A stretch of 64,000 nt of DNA from Eukaryota sp. GEM-RC1 (Eukaryota): positions 1,426,001 through 1,490,000 of the forward strand of contig JAUFOQ010000004.1 in assembly GCA_040285855.1 (NCBI GenBank), in the 5' to 3' direction. Made by a program: the position numbers and the translations under genes. Of the stretch, positions 41,801 to 56,124 are shown one piece after another (the stretch's first letter is position 1; every line of letters begins with the position of its first letter). Below the pieces are notes generated by a model. That model saw nothing but the letters and a program-made list of their open reading frames with translations. It did no database searches and was not told where the DNA came from.

Positions 41801-44800
41801 GATTTGCTGAATTCAAGAATGTAGAGATAAGAATTTCTAAAGAATTCAATTCAATTTGACTGTTCGTAGCTTGAATTAGGGCACTTAATTGACAATGAGC
41901 AAAGCTTAAAGAAGTTGAATTCATTAAAGAATTTCTCAACACTGAAAATTCATGACTAACACTGGAAGTTTCTAGCGTAAACATAGACATCACAATAACA
42001 GACTCTTTGGAAATGAGAACTGAATTGGTGATTGTTTTTGATATCATAACTCCTTGACAGTAGAGCTCAGAGGTATCTAATTTGAGGACATTCGTGACAT
42101 CAGCATTTACAGTAGTGACGTTTTCAAATCGGAATGAAGATGATACGAGATGAATAAAACTTTCACTTGAATTGATGGATGTATGTTCTGAATTAGAAAT
42201 TGAACCGGTAGAATCATTGAAGATGAGGAAGTTGGCACTCGTGATTTGGTCTAAAACTAAGTAATTAAGGGAAAAAGTTGATGAAGTCACTGATATTGTT
42301 GACGTATCAGACTTGGAATGAAACTTAGACACACTAACATTTGAAAAGGTGGAATTTGAAAAATTAATCAACATTAGACTATAAGCATTAAAGCTAAGAA
42401 TAAGCAAGTCGTTAAATGTAATAAATGATTCATAAGAGAATAATAATGGAGATGTCAGTTGATCAACATTAAACTGTGTGGCCTTAAGAGTTGAACCTAG
42501 AACTTTAATTAAAGAAATATTGGTATTAAAAGGACCGGAAATATCAATAGAATGAGCATTGACAGTACCATGTGAAATACTAAACAAAGAGTCTGATAAG
42601 TCATTTGTTGAGCCAAAATCAACTGAAAAGAGATCAACACGTGATTCAGATATTTGGAAAACTTCAAATATTGTTGAATAATACAAATGTAAGTGTTCTA
42701 CTCGCATTCCAGTCTCCACTGCTTTAATAAATGTATCCAAAGTCGTGGAGTTGTGAACTATCAAAGTATTGACTTCAATATCTGACATTACCGCTATCAA
42801 AAATGATTGTGTGTTAGCATTGAATATCTCAGTGTTGATAAGATTGAGAGTTGAATAATTGAACTGGAAAGTAACGTCAGTAAAGGCATTGGAGACTAGT
42901 GAGTAATCAATTGAACACGAACTTGAATCAGATAAATTAAGAATTGAGAAAGAATAAATGTCAGTAAAAGAACAGTAAATAAAGGTTAATTCAGTAGTTT
43001 TTGCATCAATAAGAGACAAAGCTCTAATTGTACGAAACCGGACATTGTCAAAGCCAGCAGAAGAATTAATAATTGAAATCATATCCAAATTAACACTACA
43101 TACATTGGAAAAAATAGAAGAACTAATGATTAAAGTAGAATGAGTTGCAGAACCAATTGATCGAGAGCTAACATTGTTAAAAGAAGTATTTGAAAGGTAA
43201 ACTTCACTAGAAATGAATTCAAAGAGAGTACAATTAAGTAACTCAAAAGCAAGAAGGTCGCTAACAAAGTTGGAATTGCTTAGATGAATTAATGAAAAAT
43301 CGTTAGGAGTAGAAATGTTAAAAAATACCAAATTTTTGAAAACTAGATCGGATCGGTGTCCAATCAAAAATGATTCAATCAAAGTGAGATTAGTATTCAA
43401 AGTAACGTCATGCAGAATTAATGTAGAATCATTTAGATCGAAAAAGATTCCAACTTCGCATCTCCGACTTCAACCAAATTGATTGTGACCACTGAATCGT
43501 CGGCATTGATAAGTGATTGAGAAGACTCCACGTCAATAATAGAACTATTTGACAAAGAAGCTGAAGAAGAAGTAAGAGAGAGGAAGTGTTTTAAATTGAG
43601 AATGTTGAAATGCGAAAGAGTTAGTGAAAATGTTGAATCATTGAAATTGAAGAAAGAACTTCCATAAATCATAGAAAACGTTGACCCTTCAACAGTTACA
43701 TTAGAAAGATTATCTACAGAGACCAGTACTTGAACCTCAATAGAATGGAAAGAACTATTTGATATTCCTAATTCAGAATTAGAACTAAATATGACAGATG
43801 ACGTGTTGGAATTTGTCAAAAAGAGCGGAAATTACTGCTGATGAATCCTTAAAAGAGAATATTGAACACTCAACTGCAGATAATAAGATATCAACAACTG
43901 TGAATTGTGAGCGATTAAACATAAACAGAGGATCAGAAGCATCACGTATATAAGAAGCATTGATTGAACTCATTACAATAATGCTAAATTCTGAGTAGAG
44001 AAATGACTTATTAATTCTCATAGAATCAATATCCAAGTGATTAATAATAACATTACTGTCAAAGATTTCAAAAGCTAAAGAAGTATTAACCTTAGTCAAG
44101 GATGTAGTATTAAAACTCATAGATCCATGGTCTAAATGAATAAGTGAAGTAAAAGAAGAGTTTTCAATAAGTAAGTTGTTCATAGATCCATTACAATGTA
44201 GACATGTTAAGAGCACGTTAGCATTCGTTTGAGTTAGTATAATTGAAGATAGATCTAAATGAGAGTCAACAATGTTGAAGAGATTGTTGGAAATTGCAGC
44301 TAACTTTGTGTTGATTGAATAGCTTCCACTTGAGTCATTTGAACAAGTTGACCCTTCATTAATTTGATGAAAATCCAAAAAGTCAAGAGTTGAATTTGTA
44401 GATTTAGTAAGCAAAAACCAGTAGTTAAAATTGAATCATAAACCTTAGCCAAATTAAGTTCTAATGTTGAATCAGAAAGATCAAAAACACTGTTTGTAAT
44501 CAATTTTGATAAATTGAGGTCAATGAGACGAAGAACTGATGTAGATCCATCAAAACTGACGTACTATTCATACCAACAGAACACAAGGAATCAATAAACA
44601 AGTGACTATTTGTTGGCTCGAAAAGTACATTGAAGCTGGAAAATACTACTGAAATATTAAATAATGAGACATTGGAATTAACAATAAGAAAACCAAATTC
44701 TGCTTGGTTATAAGAGATGATGGTATTTTCAATGAAACAACTGTCGACTTTGTTTAAAGCAACTAACGATCCAGAAGATTCAGAAGTATTTAATTTGTTC

Positions 44801-47800
44801 AAAAACAGCGAACCCTCTATTAAATTGAAGAATCCCAAAGTACTTTCTAAATTTGTAGAAGAAATAGAAACAGAATCGATAATAATAGAACAATCCGTTG
44901 ATAGAAGAAAAGTATTGGAGATTGACAAGTGGTGCAACACAAAATGATTCATAACAATGATTGAATTGGAGATGTGATACACACGTGATGCTGACGTGTT
45001 CGACATCATGAAGTCGGAAAATGACAGATCACATTCATTCAAAGTAAACATATTAGTAACAGAAGAATTACTAACGAAGAACCTTTGGAAAGCACCAACA
45101 GATTGTTTTGAATTAAAAAATTCCACAATACTTGACCGAATCAATGAAATATCATTGAGCTCTAAAATTGTCGGTTGAGCCAGAATGACAGTTTCTAAGT
45201 AACTGTCATAAATATTCAAAAATTGATATCCAAAAGATTGACCTCCATTAACTCAATAAGACTTCCAGTCGTATCAAAAATGTCCATATCAGTAATAAAA
45301 ACAGTACCTCTGAGAATATCAAAACACGTGTCACAAGTAACAGTAGAAATGGTTAATTCATTTAGTTCAACTGGACCGTTTGATGACTCAATCAGTGACT
45401 TACAATTAATATCTTGAAAAACAAAGGTTTGGAGGTCAATCTTTGAGTTGGAAACGAAGATGATTGCACTTGAAGAATCAATACTGAACAGGTTAAAGTC
45501 AATTAAAACGATTTCAGCATCGTTAGCAGATAGTAACTGATCAATTTTAATTGATGATGAAACTGTAAAACGATCCATAATAAATACACTAGAGTTGATT
45601 GAAAAGATAATTGAAGTGGTAACAGACTCAAAAGAAAGACCATTTTCAATGATCTGACTTTCGACAAGATCAAAAACAACATACGAAAAGTTAGAATTTG
45701 AACAAAATGAATAAGACAAAGTAATGTTAGACTTTGTTAATTGAAATAATGATGATGAGTTAATATTTAAAAAAGTGCTGTAAGAAATATCCAATGGTGT
45801 GTTGTCAAGGACAAAAGGGGAATCCGTAAAAGATCCAGAAACACTAACATTTTGTAAAATTAATTGGGAATTACTAGACCTTAATAAACTGGAGGAATTC
45901 GACTCGAAACTACAGTTTGATAGAAAAACTGTAGATGTATCAGTCAGTATTGTAGTAGAACCAGCTTCATGAAAGATATTTGAATTAATTAATTGGATAA
46001 TGGAATCATCAAAAGTAAAACAACTAGGAGAATGACAAACAATATCAATGTTGGAAAGAGAAAACTTGGAATGTAGTACTTCCGAAAAAGTCTGGTAGAT
46101 TCCATCAATCACAACGTCCCCTAGACCAATCAATTGCCAATCAACGTCATTTACATCACCCAATCCATTTTTAAAGGTGTAAATTCCACTATGAAAATAT
46201 ACTGTCCCTTTTGTTCCCATTCTGTCTACAACTCTATTGAAAGAAGCACAAGGACTATCAAAAGTACCACAACAAGGATCATCAACGCCAGTAGTAGAAA
46301 TGTAAGAAACTTGATTTAAGTCGAGTACATTATCATTGATAGAGACAACTAGAGAAGTTTCTGAATAGATAGCAGTAATGAGTGAATTACAAGGACTAAT
46401 AACATCATGAAACTTACCATTAATTAGACCAGATTCTATAATAGTGTAGTTATTCCCAGTTGAATCATACATTGTTTCAAATTCTATTTCTAATATTCCA
46501 TCTAAATAAGCAGTTGAACCAATAATTAATTGAGTAAAAGAATCACCACTATTGATTTGAATAGAGACGATAGAAGAAGGTAAAAGAGCAAGAATATCAT
46601 CAAAAGCAATTAAAGGTAAAGGAATGAGTTTTCCAGCGTTCGAGGTGTTGTTGAAAACTGTTCCTAACCCTCTTAAAATTTGAAATTCTGACAATTCCAA
46701 ATTTTGCTCTAAAATGACGTTTGCATCTGACAATATGATACCAGCAACCGAATTGAATGTAGTTGTAGATAATGTAACGAAATTTTTCATCAAAACATCA
46801 GAATGACAAGTGATAGAACCACTAGAAGACTGGAATTCTGAAACTGACACGTCATCAAGAATCACGTGACTGAAGAAATCAAAAGAATTCGCCAATTGAA
46901 TCCGACCAGTGATTGATGAATTATCTACTGATTCTTGAACAATAAAAGAAGATGAAAAATTTCCTGAATTAATCTCAGAATATGTTTCAACTGACAATGG
47001 CGAAGTTCCAAGTATTTGGCAATGAAAACAAGAGAAATAAGCAACAATAGTGTGAGTACTTGAAACTGACTCAAAAGTTGAAAATGATAAATCTAAAATA
47101 TGGATGGAAGCAAAATCAAAATCATTCTGAAAATGACTGTTGACAGCGATCAAAATAACATTTGATGAAGAGATATCGACTGAATCATCAAAGTAGAGCT
47201 CACTGAAATGTAAGGTTACATGGATGCTATCAGAATTAATTTTTGAGTCTTCACTTAAGCTCATAATCGATTCACTGTCAAGCTCGAGTTGCTCTAAATT
47301 TTCAAAAGTAAAGTTATTTAATTGTAAGTTTGAAGAAATCAAAGAAACAGAACTGATGAACATTTTTGCTGATAGAAACATAAAGTTTGAATCAATTAAT
47401 GAAAGGTGTCCCCAATGATCTTGAGGGGTATCAAAACTTAATTGATTAATCTCATCAATGGATAGGGTAGTGGTGGAAAAACGGCGTCATGAACAACACT
47501 TGAATTGATTAATTGCAAGGTTGAGTCAGGTAGTGAAAAACAGAAGAGCGAATAGCAGAAAATATCAACGTTTGAAAGAGAAAGATTGGTGCTTATTATT
47601 TCAAGTAAAGTCTCGTCAAATGCTTCCAATCACCACGTCACCGAGACCAATCACTTCCCAATCAACGTCATGTACCTTCCTCAATCCATTGTTAAAGGTG
47701 TAATTTCCACTATGAAAATAGACCTGCCCTTTTATGCCCATTCTGTCTAAAACTCCTTTAAAAGAAGCACAAGGACTATCAAAAGTTCCACAACAAGGAT

Positions 47801-50800
47801 CATCAACGCCAGTAGTAGAAACGTAGGAAATTTGATTCAAGTCGACTACATTATCATTGACAGAGACAATTAGAGAAGTTTCTGAATAGATAGTAGTAAT
47901 AAGTGAATTACATGGACTAATAACATCATGAAACTTACCATTAATTAGACCAGATTCTATAATAGTGTAGTTATTCCCAGTTGAATCATACTTTGTCTCA
48001 AATTCTAGTTCTAATATTCCATCTAAATAAGCAGTTGAACCAATAATTATTTGAGTAAAAGAATCACCACTATTGATTTGAATAGAGACGATTGAAGAAG
48101 GTAAAAGAGCAAGGTTGTCATCAAAATCAATTAAAGGTAAAGGAATGAGTTTTCCAGCGTTTGAGGTATTGTTGAAAACTGTTCCTAATCCTCTTAAAAT
48201 TTGAAATTCTGACAATTCCAAATTTTGCTCTAAAATGACGTTTGCATCTGACAATACGATACCATCATCAGAAGTGAATGAAGTAGCAGATAACGTTACG
48301 AAATTTCTCATCAAAACATCAGAATGACAAGTGATAGAACCACTAGAAGACTGGAATTCTGACACTGACACGTCATCAAGAATCACATGACTGAAGAAAT
48401 CAAAAGAATTCGCCAATTGAATTCGACCAGTCATTGATGAATTAAATACTGATTCTTGAACAATGAAAGAAGACGAGATATTTCCCGAGTTAATCTCAGA
48501 ATATGTTTCTACCGACAATGGGGAACTTCCAAGTATTTGGCAATGAAAACAAGAGAAATAAGCAACAATAGTCTGAGTACTTGAAGCTGACTGAAAAGTT
48601 GAAAAGGATAAATCTAAAATATGAATATTAGCAAAATCAAAATCATTCTGAAAATGACTGTTGATAGCAATCACAATAACATCTGATGACGAGATATCTA
48701 CCGAATCATCATAATAGAGCTCACTTGAACTTAAGGTTATATGGAGGCTATCAGAAGTAATTTTTGAGTCTTGACTTAAGCTCATAATTGATTCTCTGTC
48801 AAGCTCGAGTTGCTCTAGATTTTCAAAAGTAAAGTTATTTAATTGTAAATTTGAAGAAATCAACGAAACTGAACTGATGAACATTTTGCCGATAGAAACA
48901 TAATGTTTGAATCAACAAATGAAAGGTGTCCCCAATGATCTTGAGGATTATCAAAACTTAATTGATTAATCTCATCAATGGATAGAGTAGTGGTGGAAAA
49001 AACGGCGTCATGAACAACACTTGAATTAATTAATTGAAAGTTTGAGTCAGGTAGAGAAAAACAACAGGATGAATAGCAAAAAATGTTAACATTTGAAAGA
49101 GAAAGATTAGAGTGAACGATTTCAAATAGAGTCTCATCAATGCCTTCAATAACGACGTCACCGACACCAATCAATTGCCAATCAACGTCAGTTACATTCC
49201 CCAATCCTTGATTAAAGGTGTAACTTCCTTCGTGGAAAATTACCTTCCCTTTCCTTCCCATTCTGTCTAAAACTCCTCTAAAAGAAGCACATGGACTATC
49301 GAAAGTTCCACAACAAGGATCATCAACACCAGTGGTAGAAATGTAAGAAATGGTGTTTAAATGAGCAATATAGTCATCGAAAGACCCAATTACTGAAGTA
49401 GAAGTATACTCAACATTAAAAATAGAAGAACACGTGCTTTTGACTGAAGTAAATTGACCCAAACGATGGCAAGAATCAATAAGGACGTATTGTTTACCAC
49501 CCCAATGTTTGAAAGGATCAAATTCTACTTCTATTGTACCATCTAGAAAAGCAGTTGAACCTACAGTTACTTGAGTTGAAGAATTATCACTATTGATTTG
49601 AATAGAGACAGTAGAAGAAGGAAAAAGTGAAAGATTATCATCAAAATTAATTAAAGGTAATGGAATTATTTGCCCAGCGTTTGAGGTGTTGTCAAAAATT
49701 ACTCCTAATCCTCTTAAAATTTGAAAATCTAGCAATTCAAAATTTTGCTCTAAAATGACGTTTGCATCTGAGAGAATGATATCAGCATCAGAATCGAATG
49801 AAGTTGTAGACATTGTAACGAAATTTCTCATCAAAACATCAGAATGACAAGTGATAGAACCACTAGAAGACTGGAATTCTGAAACTGACACGTCATCAAG
49901 AATCATGTGACTGAAGAAATCAAAAGAATTCGCCAATTGAATTCGACCAGTGATTGATGAATTATCTACTGATTCTTGAACAATTAAAGCAGATGAGAAG
50001 TTTCCTGAATTAATCTCAGAATATTTTTCTACTGACAATGTCGAACTTCCAAGTATTTGGCAACTAAAACAATAGAAATGAGCAACAATAGTGTTAGTAC
50101 TTGAAGCTGACTGAAAAGTTGAAAAGGATAAATCCAAAATATGAATATGATCAAATGCAAAATCACTCTGAAAATGACTGTTGATAGCAATCACAATAAC
50201 ATTTGATGACGAGATATCTACCGAATCATCATAATAGAGCTCACTTGAACTTAAGGTTATATGGAGGCTATCAGAAGTAATTTTTGAGTCTTGACTTAAG
50301 CTCATAATCGATTCACTGTCAAGATCGACTTGCTCTAAAATTTCAAAAGTAAAGTTGTTTAATTGTAAATTTGAAGAAATCAAAGAAACTGAACTGATGA
50401 ACATTTTTGCTGATAGAAACATAATGTTTGAATCAATAAATGAAAGGTGTCCCCAATGATCTTGAGGAGTATCAAAACTGAATTGATTAATCTCATCAAT
50501 GGATAGAGTAGTGGCGGAAAAAACGGCGTCATGAACAACACTTGAATTAATTAATTGAAAGGATGAGTCAGGTAGAGAAAAACAATAGGCGGAATAGCAA
50601 AAAATGTCAATATTTGAAAGAGAAAGATTGGAGTGAACGATTTCAAATAGAGTCTCATCAATTCCTTCAATAATGACGTCACCGAGACCAATCAATTGCC
50701 AATCAACGTCAGTTACATTCCCCAATCCTTGATTAAAAGTGTAACTTCCTTCGTGGAAAATAACCTCCCCTTTCCTTCCCATTCTTTCAAAAACTCCTCT

Positions 50801-53800
50801 AAAAGAAGCACAAGGACTGTCGAAAGTTCCACAACAAGGATCATCAACACCAATGGTAGAAATGTAGGAAGTTTGATTTAAGTCGACAACAAAATCATTT
50901 ACAGAGACAATTAGAGACGTTCTTGAATAAAACGTAGTCATAAGTGAAGCACATGGATTAATACTACTGAATCTTCCATTAATTTGACCAGCTTCTATAA
51001 GAGTGTAATTGTTTCCTGTTGAATCATACTTTGTGTCAAGTTTCAGTTCTAATATTCCATCTAAATAAGCAGTTGAACCAACAATTATATGAGTAGAGGA
51101 AAAATAACTGTTGATTTGAAGAGATATGATGGAACCAGTAGAAAGAGAAAGGTTGTCTTCAAAAGTGAAGTTCGAGGAAGGTTTAATTTTGCCACAATTT
51201 GAAGTATTAGTAATAATAGTACCAAATCCTGTAATAATTTGATAATCAAGGATTACAAAAGAGGATCAAAAAGAAAAAATTGAATCGTATAGAGTCAAAG
51301 TATCATGGTAAATAAAAGAAACTTCGGAAATAGCAACATCATTTTTGATCAAAACATCAGAATGACACGTAATAGATCCATAAGATGACTGGAATTCTGA
51401 TACTGACACGTCATCAAGAATCACGTGACTAAAGAAATCAAAAGAATTCGCCAATTGAATTCGACCAGTGATTGATGACTTATCTACTGACTCTTGAACA
51501 GTTAATGAAGATGAGAAATTTCCAGAATTAATCTCAGCATATTTTTGTACCGACAATGGGGAACTTCCTAGTATTTGGCAATGAGAACAGAAGAAATAAG
51601 CAACAAAAGTCTGAGTACTTGCAGCAGACTCAAAAGTTGAAAATGATAAATCCAAAATATGAATATTATCAAAGACAAAATCATTCAGAAAACTACTGTT
51701 GATAGCGATCAAACTGAGTGTTGATGATAAAATCTCAATCGAATCATCAAAATCTAGCTTACTTGAATTTAAAGTTATAGTAAGATTATCAGAAACAATT
51801 TTTGAATCTTGAGTTAAATTAACCAACGAATTACCACAGAGCTCAAGATTTTTTAAATTGTAGAAAGATATCTCACTTAACTTGAGAGTTGAGAATTTTA
51901 AGGAAATTTTTCTGATGTCAAACTGGTATGATGATAACTTTACATTGGAATTAACAAGAGAAAGTATTCCTTGTCCCGAGATACCACTAGAGTGTGAACT
52001 ATAAGCAAAATTGCACTCCTGCCGTGCACTGATACTAGTAACTCCTTTGCCCTCCAAATGAGTAATACGACCTGGTGCCCACCTTTCATCATTCGAATAT
52101 GTACTTCTACCTAGAGCACCATTCCAATGATCACCCCAAGACCACACGTCATTGTTGACGTCAACAGCAGTGGAATGTCGCAACCCTGCAGCTGCCGTAA
52201 TCACTTTCCCAATGTTTTTTACTTCAACTGGAGTAGTAGAAGAGGATGTCGTACCCCTACCTAGTCTACCATTGCGACCATCACCCCAACTCCACAGCTT
52301 CTGGTTAACATCAATTCCAAGAGCGTGATACTCATGGGTGTCAATAAAGGTAAACTCAATATCCTCAGCAAATGGAATTGGAGTTGCGTAAGTTACGGAC
52401 TCAGCCAGTTTTCTACCACAAGTAAGAGTAGAACCATCATCTTTGATGAAAAAAGCAGCACGGCCAGCAGCAATAAATTTAATATTTTCCAATGGTTCGA
52501 TTGGGAATGGTGAATGAACGCTATCAGTACTACATAAAATGTTGCGATTACCACTTCCCCATCCAAAAACTTTACCGTCTCTAGTTAAAGCAAAGGCTGT
52601 GTGTAATCGACCAGCAATTTGCTTAACATTATTTAAATTAGGGATTAAAGTAGGAGTGGCTCTGTTCTCTGTATGTCCTAACCCTAATTCACCATGAAGG
52701 TTATATCCCCAAGAGTAAACATAACCAGAAGAATCCAGTGCGTAACTTGACACAGAAGAAGCAACAACCTGAATAATATCGGATACTTCAATTTTCTCAT
52801 GAACATTCCGATTATCCCCATCGTATCCTAGTTCTCCGTACGTATTAGTTCCAGCAGTGTAAGCGTCACCATTTATTAAGACAACTAGAGAATGAAAGTT
52901 TCCAACAGAAGTTTGTCTAATAGGATAAGGGAGATTGAATGACTCAGGTAACAATTGATGTCCTGATAGTCCTCCTCCTAGATGACCATTGATATTCCTT
53001 CCCCAAACATGAAGAACATCAGAATTTAATGAAGATTCACCATCACTGAACAGGGTTAAAGTAACAGTGTCCAATACCAGTTCACTGAACCCATCTAGAT
53101 CAATTGATCCGCGTTTCCAATTAAAGAGACCCGTGACTATGAGTTTGTGAGAAACGAGAGAGACAACGTCAGTCTCCAAAACTAGAGAGTTTACTGATGT
53201 AAAGGAAGATGAAGAAGACAGATCAGTGTGAAAAGTACCTCCATTAAGAAGAAGAGTATCAGTTACAGTGAGAGTTGAGTTCTTTTTGAAAAGAAGAGCC
53301 GCATTGGAAAATATAGCTAGAGATGATGCAGAGAATGCCACGTCATCAAGAATCACGTGACTGAAGAAATCAATTATGTTGTCAAATTGAACTTCCCCTG
53401 TGATCAAAGAATTCTCAGCAGATTCCAGAACAATTAATGGAGTTGAGAAATTGCCAGAATTAACTTCTAAATGTGAATCGATTGTCAACAATGAATTTCC
53501 TAGTACCTGACAATGAGAGCACAAGAGAGAACCAACAATTACTTCAGAATCAAATGACGCAACAGTTGAAAAGGATAAATCTAAAAGGTGAAAATTGGTG
53601 ACGAGAAAATCATTCAGAAAATGACTGTTGATAACAATTAAACTCAGTTTTGATATGGAAATGTCATTCGAATCGTCACAGTAGAGCTCACTTGAGTTTA
53701 AAGTGATAGTTAGATCATGAGATTCAATTTTTGAGTCTTGAGTTAAATTAACCAACGAATTATCACAGATTTCAAGATATTTTACATTGTTCAAGGATAT

Positions 53801-55453
53801 GTCATTTAAGTAGAGAGTTGAATAACTTAAAGAAACTGTTTTGAGCTCAAACTTTTTGATGATAAAACGACTTCTGAATTGATGAGAGAAAGTTGCCCAT
53901 ATCCCAAGATACCACTGGATTGTGAACTATAAGCAAAATTAGAGGGCCAAGATGCACTAATATCTGTTACTCCTTTGCCATCCAAATGAGTAATACGACC
54001 TGGAAAGAATGATGGAGAACTTTGAGATGCAGTCCTACCTAGAGAACCATCCCAGTTCCGACCCCAAGACCACACATCATTGATGAAGTCAACAGCAGTG
54101 GAATGTACATAACCTGCAGTTGCTGTAATCACTTTCCCAATGTTTTTTACTTTAACTGGAGTAGTAGAGGCAGTGGAAGTACCCCTACCTAGTCTACCAT
54201 TGCCACCATCACCCCAACTCCATAGCTTCTGGTTGACATCAATTCCAAGAGCGTGATGAGTAATGGTGTCAATAAAGGTAAACTCAATATCCTCAGCAAA
54301 TTGAGTTGGAGTTGAGTAAGTTCCTGATTCACCTAATTTTAAACCACAAGTAACAGTAGAACCATCCTCTTTCATGAAAAAAGCAGCACGTCCAGCAGCA
54401 ATAAATTTAATATCCTGTAGCGATTCCATTAACAACGGTGAAGGTTGATTGACAGTACTTGACCTACACAAGGTGTTATCATGACCCCAACCCCATCCAT
54501 AAACTTTACCATCTCTAGTTAAAGCAAAGGTTGTTTGATATCGACCAGCAATTTGTTTAACATTACTTAAATTTAGAATTAAAGTGGGAGTATCTATGAA
54601 GTTTGTATGTCCCAATCCTAACTCACCATTATAGTTACCTCCCCAAGAGTATACAAAACCAGAAGAACTCAAGGCGTAACTTGACCAAGAAGAAGCAAGA
54701 ACGTGAATAACAGTGGAAATTTGAACCTTTTCATGAACATTCCGATTATCACCATCATATCCTAGTTGGCCACGATTGTTTCGTCCAGAAGTGTAAAGGT
54801 AACCATTTGATAACAGAACTAATGAATGGGTTTGTCCACCAGAAGCTTGTTTAATAGGATAAGGGAGACTGAATGACTCTGGGAATTCTTGATTTCCTGA
54901 AAGTCCTCCTCCAAGTTGACCACGATTATTTCTTCCCCAAACATGAAGGACACCAGAACTGACAGGGGATTCCTCATCACTAAAAAGAAGTTGACGTGAC
55001 ACCATCCAGAACAAGTTCACTTAACCCACTTAGATCCATTGAACCACGTTTCCAATCAAAGCCGCTGGTAACAATGAGTTTGTGGGAGAATAGAGAGACA
55101 AGATCAGCGTCTAAAACAAGAGAGTTTACTGATGTAAAGGAAGAAGAAGAAGAGATATCAGATCGTAACGTACCTCCATTAAGGAGAAGAGTATCAGTGA
55201 TAGTGAGAGTAGAGTGATCTATGAAGAGGATCACGACATTGGAGGACAAAGTGAGGGATGATATGGTGATGTGAACATCAACAGTGACGGTAAGTGTTGT
55301 AGATCGGGCGGGGAGGACAACAGAAGAAGATATTGAAGGAGTAAGGGCGGGATTCCAATTGTTTCCTTCAGACCAAAGTCCAGAACTTGCGGCATCCCAT
55401 TTAAAGACCGCACCGAGAACGCAACAACACAGTAAAAGGAGTCCGATGATCAT
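35808..55453 (-). CDS. Giant (~6,550 aa) modular cell-surface/membrane protein, copy B: signal peptide, two RCC1 propellers, 4 repeat modules, stalk, IPT/TIG-like, Cys-rich, multi-TM. Split by indels.
   Basis: ATG at 55453 gives MIIGLLLLCCCVLG. Chain of minus-strand ORFs from 54980-55486 to 35808-37196; IPT-like PVISFVYPYPFLMNGELSIIGQDL and LSPSGNILRIFGSYFG. Confidence 0.8.
46100..51900 (-). repeat. Four tandem ~1.52-kb coding modules of copy B
   Basis: DDPCCGTFDSPCASF at ~46260, ~47780, ~49300 and ~50820. Confidence 0.9.
52000..53020 (-). other. 7-repeat RCC1-like propeller, slot 2 of copy B
   Basis: LHVWGRNINGHLGGG … VWSWGDHWNGALG … CNFAY. Confidence 0.9.
53930..54950 (-). other. 7-repeat RCC1-like propeller, slot 1 of copy B
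   Basis: LHVWGRNNRGQLGGG … VWSWGRNWDGSLG … SNFAY. Confidence 0.9.
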
Positions 55454-56124
55454 TAACCCAAATTGAATAGAGAAAAGTACCTTCAAAAATGAAAATCAGA
55501 CTTTCTAATTCTCCACAATCCTCTGTACCAGTTCCCGTTACATTATGTTAGCACTACACATCATCTACAATGTACGTACACATATTGTCCACTTATACAA
55601 TCCAAGTAGACTGTACTTCATGACCCTTCATCATTTGGCACAAAGTTGAACTCTCAATACAACAAACATATATGTCAGAATCGTTCAAGTAGCATTATCT
55701 ACCTACAATAGGCAATAGAACGTGTTCTCTTCATGATCAAAGATCTCGATTAGGCTGCATGATACATGTTGCTCTTCCTTTGTAAAGATGAGTGTCCATG
55801 ATCGGGTCCATGTACTCAAACATGTTAATACTACCCTCTGTGGATCCATGACAGACACCGCCGATATACTTCACCGTCCATCAATAAACTCAGAATCATT
55901 TAATGAGTCTTTGCCCTGCGTAGTTTATCATATATCCTCTCTATTAGTGCATTCTGATACATCCACATTTCTCTAAGTACACCTCTTTCAATACTTGGAT
56001 TTGTCATTGTTGCGACCTCACCTAACACTTCAGCTGAAGGTCTCTATGCTGACTGGTGATAGAATAGAAAACGGTTCTTACAGTTCGATCAAAGTATAGA
56101 AGACCTTAAACTGTGATTAAGAAC

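Noticed and set aside
52000..54950. Diversity-generating retroelement as the source of RCC1 variability
   Set aside because: No reverse transcriptase or invariant template repeat in the window, and substitutions are not restricted to adenines relative to any one copy
839..55466. Numerous short plus-strand ORFs (60-116 aa) over the giant genes
   Set aside because: Antisense shadows of the minus-strand coding repeats; they recur only because the underlying modules do
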